Positions 40,352 to 45,519 of a DNA stretch of 45,519 nucleotides are shown here, piece by piece (position 1 is the stretch's first letter; each line of letters opens with the position of its first letter). The translations under genes and the position numbers were made by a program. The stretch is taken from NCBI GenBank assembly GCA_040289575.1, contig PSLL01000008.1, positions 64,299 through 109,817 on the forward strand, in the 5' to 3' direction. The stretch is from Candidatus Dadabacteria bacterium (GTDB lineage: Bacteria > Desulfobacterota_D > UBA1144 > Nemesobacterales > CSP1-2). Below the pieces are notes generated by a model. It was not told the origin of the DNA and made no database searches. It saw only the letters and a program-made list of their open reading frames with translations.

Positions 40352-41955
40352 AAAGGGCTTCTAGGGGATGGATGGTTGTTATACTGATTGCGACCTTTCT
40401 CTCGATTGTCTTTTTGATTCCTACATTTCTGGGCGATAGGCTTCCTAACTGGTGGGGAAAGGTTTTTCCTCAAAAGGGGCTCAGGCTGGGACTTGATTTA
40501 AAGGGGGGTATTTATCTTGTCCTCGGGGTAAGGGCTGATAGGGCTGTAGAGCATGAAATTGCCAATATGAAGCAAACAATAACGGATGAGCTAAATAAGG
40601 ATCAGATTCTTCCAAAGGGGTTTGATGTACGGGATAAAACGCTTACCGTGAGCTTCTTCTCCGACAGTGCCCGCGAGAAGGCAGAAAAGCTCAAGAGCAA
40701 CTTTGAAAACATCGCCGACATTAACGAAAGCGACCAGTCCATCAGCTTCACACTTAAGGACCAATATATAAGAGAGACACAGATAAAGGCTATTGATCAG
40801 GTAAAAGAAACGATAGAGGACCGCATTAACGAATTTGGTGTGGTTGAGCCGATTGTGCAGAAGGCCGGTACGGATAGGATAGTAATTCAAGTCCCCGGGG
40901 CTAATCCGTCCGATAGAGAGAGGATTATAAACATAATAAGGCGTGCCGCAGTGCTTGAGTTCAAAATCGTAAAGGATGCGGGTCCGAATGAAGAAACCCT
41001 TCTTGCCAAATACGGCGCTAAATCCCCCGATGACCTTCTTATCCAGGGACTCAAGCTCTATCCCGGCGATGCTACGGGAGCCGGACATGAAAACGAAAAG
41101 TTCTTCATCGCAGAGCGCGACTCTCAGGTTACAGGTCAATATCTCTCTGATGCGAGGCTCATATTTGATGAGTATGGAAGGCCGGCCGTGGGCTTCAGTT
41201 TTAACCCCGAAGGAGCCTCCAAATTTGCAAAACTTACGGGGGAGAATGTTGGCAAAAGGCTTGCCATAGTACTTGACGGGGTCGTAAAATCGGCGCCCGT
41301 CATTCAGGAGAGGATTTCTTCTCAAGGAAGGATCACAGGGAACTTTACGATTGATGAGGCAAAGGATTTGGCGCTTGTTCTCCGCTCAGGCGCGCTTCAG
41401 GTACCTGTGGACATCGAGCAGGAGCAAACCGTTGGACCTTCTCTTGGCAGGGATTCGATTCAGAAGGGAGAGCTTTCAATGATTGTAGGTGCAATCGCCG
41501 TTTTCTTATTCATGATTATCTTCTATAGGCTTCAAGGTCTGATTGCGGATATTGCGCTGGCATTTAATATGTTCTTTATCATGGGATTCCTCTCCGCTTT
41601 TGGGGTGACCCTTACACTTCCCGGAATCGCAGGGCTCGTTCTTACTCTGGGAATGGCGGTGGATGGAAATATACTCATATTTGAGAGAATAAAAGAGGAG
41701 CTTCGAGCAGGGAAATCCCCTATTGCTTCAATTGATGCCGGATACGAAAGGTCACTCTGGACAGTTATTGACACGCATATAACGACCCTTCTTACGGGTG
41801 TAATACTCTTTTGGTTTGGAACCGGTCCTATAAAGGGTTTTGCTATAACCCTTTGTATCGGTATAGTTTCCACGCTATTTAGCAACGTGATTGTAGCCCG
41901 TGTGATTACTGATTTGATTTACGAGGAAAGAAAGGTCGAGGCCTTAAGTATTTAG
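40348..41955 (+). CDS. secD: Protein translocase subunit SecD
   Basis: LGLDLKGG, LRSGAL, VGPSLG, TLPGIAG and GPIKGFA motifs. Confidence 0.96.
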
Positions 41956-41960
41956 AAAAA

Positions 41961-42022
41961 GATGCACGATGCAGGATACAAGATACATGATGTATTTTAT
42001 CCCGGATCCTGAATCATGCATC
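41961..42022. repeat. Heptamer-repeat hairpin between secD and secF
   Basis: GATGCAC/GATGCAG/GATACAA/GATACAT/GATGTAT facing ATCCCGG/ATCCTGA/ATCATGC/ATC. Confidence 0.75.
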
Positions 42023-42048
42023 ACTAACAATCGGGAGGTTTTAATAAT

Positions 42049-42966
42049 TTGGATTTAATCAAGCCTGATGTCAATATTAATTTCGTAGGAAGGATGAAAA
42101 CAGCGGTTTTTATATCATGGGCGTTGATTCTTATAGGTGTCGGCTCTTTTATATACCATAAGGGTCCGAACTGGGGCGTTGAGTTTGTCGGGGGAACTGA
42201 GGTTCACGTAAAATTTGCAAAACCTATAAGACCAGACGATATAAGAAGCGCATTGAGTTCTGCCGGATACCCTGCCGAATCCCTTCAGCAGCTCGGGCTT
42301 CCTCAAGACAATGAGTATCTCATAAGGTTTTCCCATGAGGTTGTGGCTTTTGAGAAAATCCAGGAATTTCGGGGAAAACTGGAGGGAATATTTAAGAGTG
42401 TTGTTGGAGAAAATGGGGCAAGTATTCTCAGAATTGATTACATAGGTCCTAAGGTCGGAAGGGAACTCATACAGAAGGCGATAATATCGGTAGTACTCGG
42501 CTGGGTTGTGATACTTCTATATCTGATGATTAGATTTGAATTTGAATTTGCCCTTGGTGCTGTGATTGCAATCATACACGACATATTTATAACAATTGGG
42601 GCGCTCTCACTTTTAAATAAAGAATTTACGCTTACTATAGTTGCTGCGATTCTTACCGTGATTGGGTATTCGGTAAACGATACAATTGTGATATTTGATA
42701 GAATAAGGGAGAATCTCAAAAAGGTCACTAAGGTCGGATTCAGGCAGCTTGTAAATGACAGCGTCAATCAAACGTTATCCAGAACCATTTTAACGGTTGT
42801 AACTGTGTTCCTAGTTCTGGTCGCGCTATTTCTTTTAGGCGGCTCGGTAATCCATGATTTTGCCTTTACGTTGATTGTCGGTGTTGTAATTGGAACTTAT
42901 TCATCTATATTCATAGCAAGTGCATTTGTAGTTTACTGGAAATATAAAAAGGGCGTGCTTACTTGA
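42049..42966 (+). CDS. secF: Protein translocase subunit SecF
   Basis: GVEFVGG, GYSVNDTIVIFDRIRE and GTYSSIFIA motifs. Confidence 0.96.
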   Translation: MDLIKPDVNINFVGRMKTAVFISWALILIGVGSFIYHKGPNWGVEFVGGTEVHVKFAKPIRPDDIRSALSSAGYPAESLQQLGLPQDNEYLIRFSHEVVAFEKIQEFRGKLEGIFKSVVGENGASILRIDYIGPKVGRELIQKAIISVVLGWVVILLYLMIRFEFEFALGAVIAIIHDIFITIGALSLLNKEFTLTIVAAILTVIGYSVNDTIVIFDRIRENLKKVTKVGFRQLVNDSVNQTLSRTILTVVTVFLVLVALFLLGGSVIHDFAFTLIVGVVIGTYSSIFIASAFVVYWKYKKGVLT

Positions 42967-42977
42967 TGGTTGGGTAG

Positions 42978-43484
42978 ATGCATTATCTTATTTTTATGCT
43001 TTTCCTTATTGTAGCACTCGTGGGTCTAATCTCTCTTATATTTGGGCTTCCGGGAAATTTTATTATACTCGCCGATTCGGTGATCTATGGCTGGTATGGA
43101 GGATTTAGAGAGATTACATTAAAGGTCGTTATAGTTTTAATCATTCTGGCGATCCTGGGAGAGATATTTGAATTTGCCCTCGGCATAATCGGGGCAAAGA
43201 AACGCAGGGCGAGCAAGAGCGCGATTGTTGGTTCAATTGCGGGCGGAATCGTTGGAGGTATTTGTGGAGCACCATTTCTTTTTGGCATCGGTTCGGTTCT
43301 CGGTGCTTTTTTGGGTGCCTTTGCCGGTGCCTTTTTGGTTGAGTTCTTTCGTGGAAAAGGATTGAATCAAGCGATAGAATCTGGGCGCGGGGCTTTTATT
43401 GGAAGGGTAGGTGGGACAATTACAAAGGGTGCTATAGGCATGGTGATGATTGCAATAGCTATAGTGTCCGTGGTGAGAAATTGA
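42978..43484 (+). CDS. DUF456 family membrane protein
   Basis: LPG motif, GAKKRRAS and Gly-rich TM segments. Confidence 0.8.
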   Translation: MHYLIFMLFLIVALVGLISLIFGLPGNFIILADSVIYGWYGGFREITLKVVIVLIILAILGEIFEFALGIIGAKKRRASKSAIVGSIAGGIVGGICGAPFLFGIGSVLGAFLGAFAGAFLVEFFRGKGLNQAIESGRGAFIGRVGGTITKGAIGMVMIAIAIVSVVRN

Positions 43485-43502
43485 AGTGCGTTCCGTGTAA
43501 TT

Positions 43503-43530
43503 GTAGGGGCAGATTTCAAACCTGCCCTGT
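43503..43530. repeat. GTAG-type REP
   Basis: GTAGGGGCAGATTTCAAACCTGCCCTGT imperfect hairpin. Confidence 0.65.
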
Positions 43531-43584
43531 GTGCTATAGAAAAAACAGAAGTGGTATGGATTGTTTTATAAGGAGTCAAAACTG

Positions 43585-44604
43585 ATGAAGGAAAGGCTAA
43601 AAGAGATGAAGATTGAGGCAGAAAAGGAACTCAAAGCAACTTCCGATGAGGTTGCCCTTCAGAACGTAAAGGCGAAGTTTCTCGGAAGAAGGGGGGTTAT
43701 TACGGAGTTTCTAAAAAGGATGCCCGAGGTTCCGGAGGCAGAAAGACCCGAGATGGGGCGGCTTATAAATGAGGCAAAGGGGTTTATAGAAGAGCTTTTT
43801 AATAAAAGATTTGAGGAGATAAAAGAGGAGAAAAAGAACCTCGTGCTTCTCAAAGAACGTGTGGACATTACGCTTCCGGGTCGTGGGATTCGTCTTGGGG
43901 AGAAGCATCCCGTAACTCAGGTAATGGAGGAGATTGTATCTATTTTTGAGAGAATGGGATTTGATGTCGCGCAAGGCCCGGAGGTTGAGCTTGATTACTA
44001 TAATTTTGAAGCCCTCAACATTCCCAAAGACCACCCGGCAAGGGATATGCAGGATACGTTTTACATATCGGATGAAATAGTCCTTAGAACCCATACGTCT
44101 CCAGTTCAGATCAGGGTCATGGAAAAACAGAAGCCTCCTGTAAAAATAATCGCCCCCGGCAAGGTTTACAGGTGCGACAGCGACATATCTCATACCCCTA
44201 TGTTTCATCAGATAGAGGGGCTTTTGGTTGATGAGCACATAACATTTGGCGACCTAAAAGGGGTACTCACCGAATTTGCAAGGCTCATCTTCGGCTCAAA
44301 TATAGGGGTCAGGTTCAGGCCGAGCTTCTTCCCTTTCACGGAGCCTAGCGCTGAGGTGGACATCGAGTGCATAATCTGCGGAGGAAAGGGGTGCAGGGTG
44401 TGCAAGAACTCCGGATGGCTTGAGATTCTCGGATGCGGAATGGTAGACCCTGAGGTGTTTAAGAGCGTCAACTACGACCCTGAGCAATACACGGGGTTTG
44501 CTTTCGGAATGGGTGTTGAAAGAATCACGATGCTTAAATTTGGTATAAACGACATCAGGTTATTCTTTGAAAATGATATTAGGTTCTTGAGGCAATTTTC
44601 TTAA
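43585..44604 (+). CDS. pheS: Phenylalanine-tRNA ligase alpha subunit
   Basis: [29 protein letters not shown] and [10 protein letters not shown] motifs; ATG 43585 follows AAGGAG. Confidence 0.98.
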   Translation: MKERLKEMKIEAEKELKATSDEVALQNVKAKFLGRRGVITEFLKRMPEVPEAERPEMGRLINEAKGFIEELFNKRFEEIKEEKKNLVLLKERVDITLPGRGIRLGEKHPVTQVMEEIVSIFERMGFDVAQGPEVELDYYNFEALNIPKDHPARDMQDTFYISDEIVLRTHTSPVQIRVMEKQKPPVKIIAPGKVYRCDSDISHTPMFHQIEGLLVDEHITFGDLKGVLTEFARLIFGSNIGVRFRPSFFPFTEPSAEVDIECIICGGKGCRVCKNSGWLEILGCGMVDPEVFKSVNYDPEQYTGFAFGMGVERITMLKFGINDIRLFFENDIRFLRQFS

Positions 44605-44645
44605 TTTGAACATGCCAATTTTAACGCCTGTATTGGCCAGATGAA

Positions 44646-44836
44646 TTATGCAAAGACTAAGCGACCCTTGGGTTTAGGAATTGGACGCTCCATTTCATTA
44701 GTGGTCTCAATCCACTCTTGAATGACCACTTCCACATTGGCTAGAGCCTCCTGATACGTTGCTCCATCTGCTGCACATCCAGGCAACTCTGGAACCTCGG
44801 CAATAAACGCTCCATCTTCATCGCTCCAATAGATAA
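44646..44836 (-). pseudogene. hicB: HicB-family antitoxin lacking its native N-terminus
   Basis: IYWSDEDGAFIAEVPELPGCAADGATYQEAL...RPIPKPKGRLVFA; the sequence upstream is hicA-derived. Confidence 0.75.
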
Positions 44837-44898
44837 GGAATGTTTGTGTCGGATGTGCCACGCAAGACCTGCTCTAGAAGTTTATCGCGTCGGTACAT
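44836..44898 (-). pseudogene. hicA: HicA-family toxin N-terminal fragment
   Basis: MYRRDKLLEQVLRGTSDTNIP, then an out-of-frame junction into hicB. Confidence 0.6.
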
Positions 44899-44917
44899 TC
44901 TTTTTCGTACTCAACAA

Positions 44918-45175
44918 AAGCTTTTCGCTTTGATCTTTCTCAATCTTTCACTCATATTCCGTCATAGCAAATATGGGATGCCGAGATGAGAAGCATGATG
45001 AACAAAACTCTAACCGCGACATGCCAAGCAGTTGTGTGGCTTTACCGCTGGATATAGTTCCCCGCCAATATAAATCCAGTACGATCAACTCCTGTGCCGC
45101 ATGCTCGATGGGTTGATTTAACTGGTGCAATAGTGCAACCAATTCTTCTTCTAATTCGAGTCTGACAGTGCTCAT
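44918..45175 (-). pseudogene. UPF0175 family antitoxin-like gene, decayed
   Basis: LYWRGTISSGKATQLLGMSRLEF. A +1 and a -1 indel plus TGG>TGA restore FVHHASHLGIPYFAMTEYEWKIEKDQSEKL. Confidence 0.7.
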
Positions 45176-45519
45176 CGTTAGATATATCTAATACAAAAAC
45201 TTTACTGTGGAATAGACCTTGGTCAAGGAAAAGTCGCATTTCACTTCCAAGATGGTATCTCAGAAAGCTCAGAAACTGTCTGGGAAATCGAAAACATTCG
45301 CACACCGACACTATATGCTAAATCTCCTAACAATAGCTATAAGTTTGGAAGAATCTCTTTTAATATGTCTTTCTTTTTGGTAATTAGTTGGAGAAGTAAC
45401 CAAAATAGATATGTAGAAACAAATTAAATAGATTCTCTTTTCTGTGATTAAATCTATATTCCACTAATGTGGTTTTTGTCTGGCCAAGCAAGTGTCTTAC
45501 TATGGTTCAATCTATGATG

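Overview
Bacterial chromosomal window. Protein styles and gene order suggest a deltaproteobacterial/Dadabacteria-like organism (inference only). It carries housekeeping blocks (panBCD; purSQ-parBA; prkA-yeaH-spoVR; yicC; exbBD; dapB-tgt-yajC-secDF; pheS) and several accessory modules. (1) An AT-rich mercury-resistance operon merR-T-P-C-A with a MerR dyad operator and 20-bp-spacer promoter; merR has a single-base frameshift. (2) An indolepyruvate:ferredoxin oxidoreductase pair. (3) A tusA-cysM-mec-moeB sulfur-relay cluster lacking the usual ubiquitin-like carrier. (4) The most notable module: a divergent double-GAF sigma54 activator, with a visible -24/-12 promoter and two TGT-N11-ACA boxes, driving a PlsR/PlsA-like (2-hydroxyacyl-CoA dehydratase/activase; plasmalogen/ether-lipid synthase-like) pair followed by small Cys-rich accessory genes. 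(5) Decayed etfB and toxin-antitoxin remnants. Many intergenic gaps hold small palindromic elements of several families: GTAG-type REPs, heptamer-repeat hairpins, and ACCACA(G/A)A-type inverted repeats. No rRNA, tRNA, CRISPR array or intact transposase was seen.
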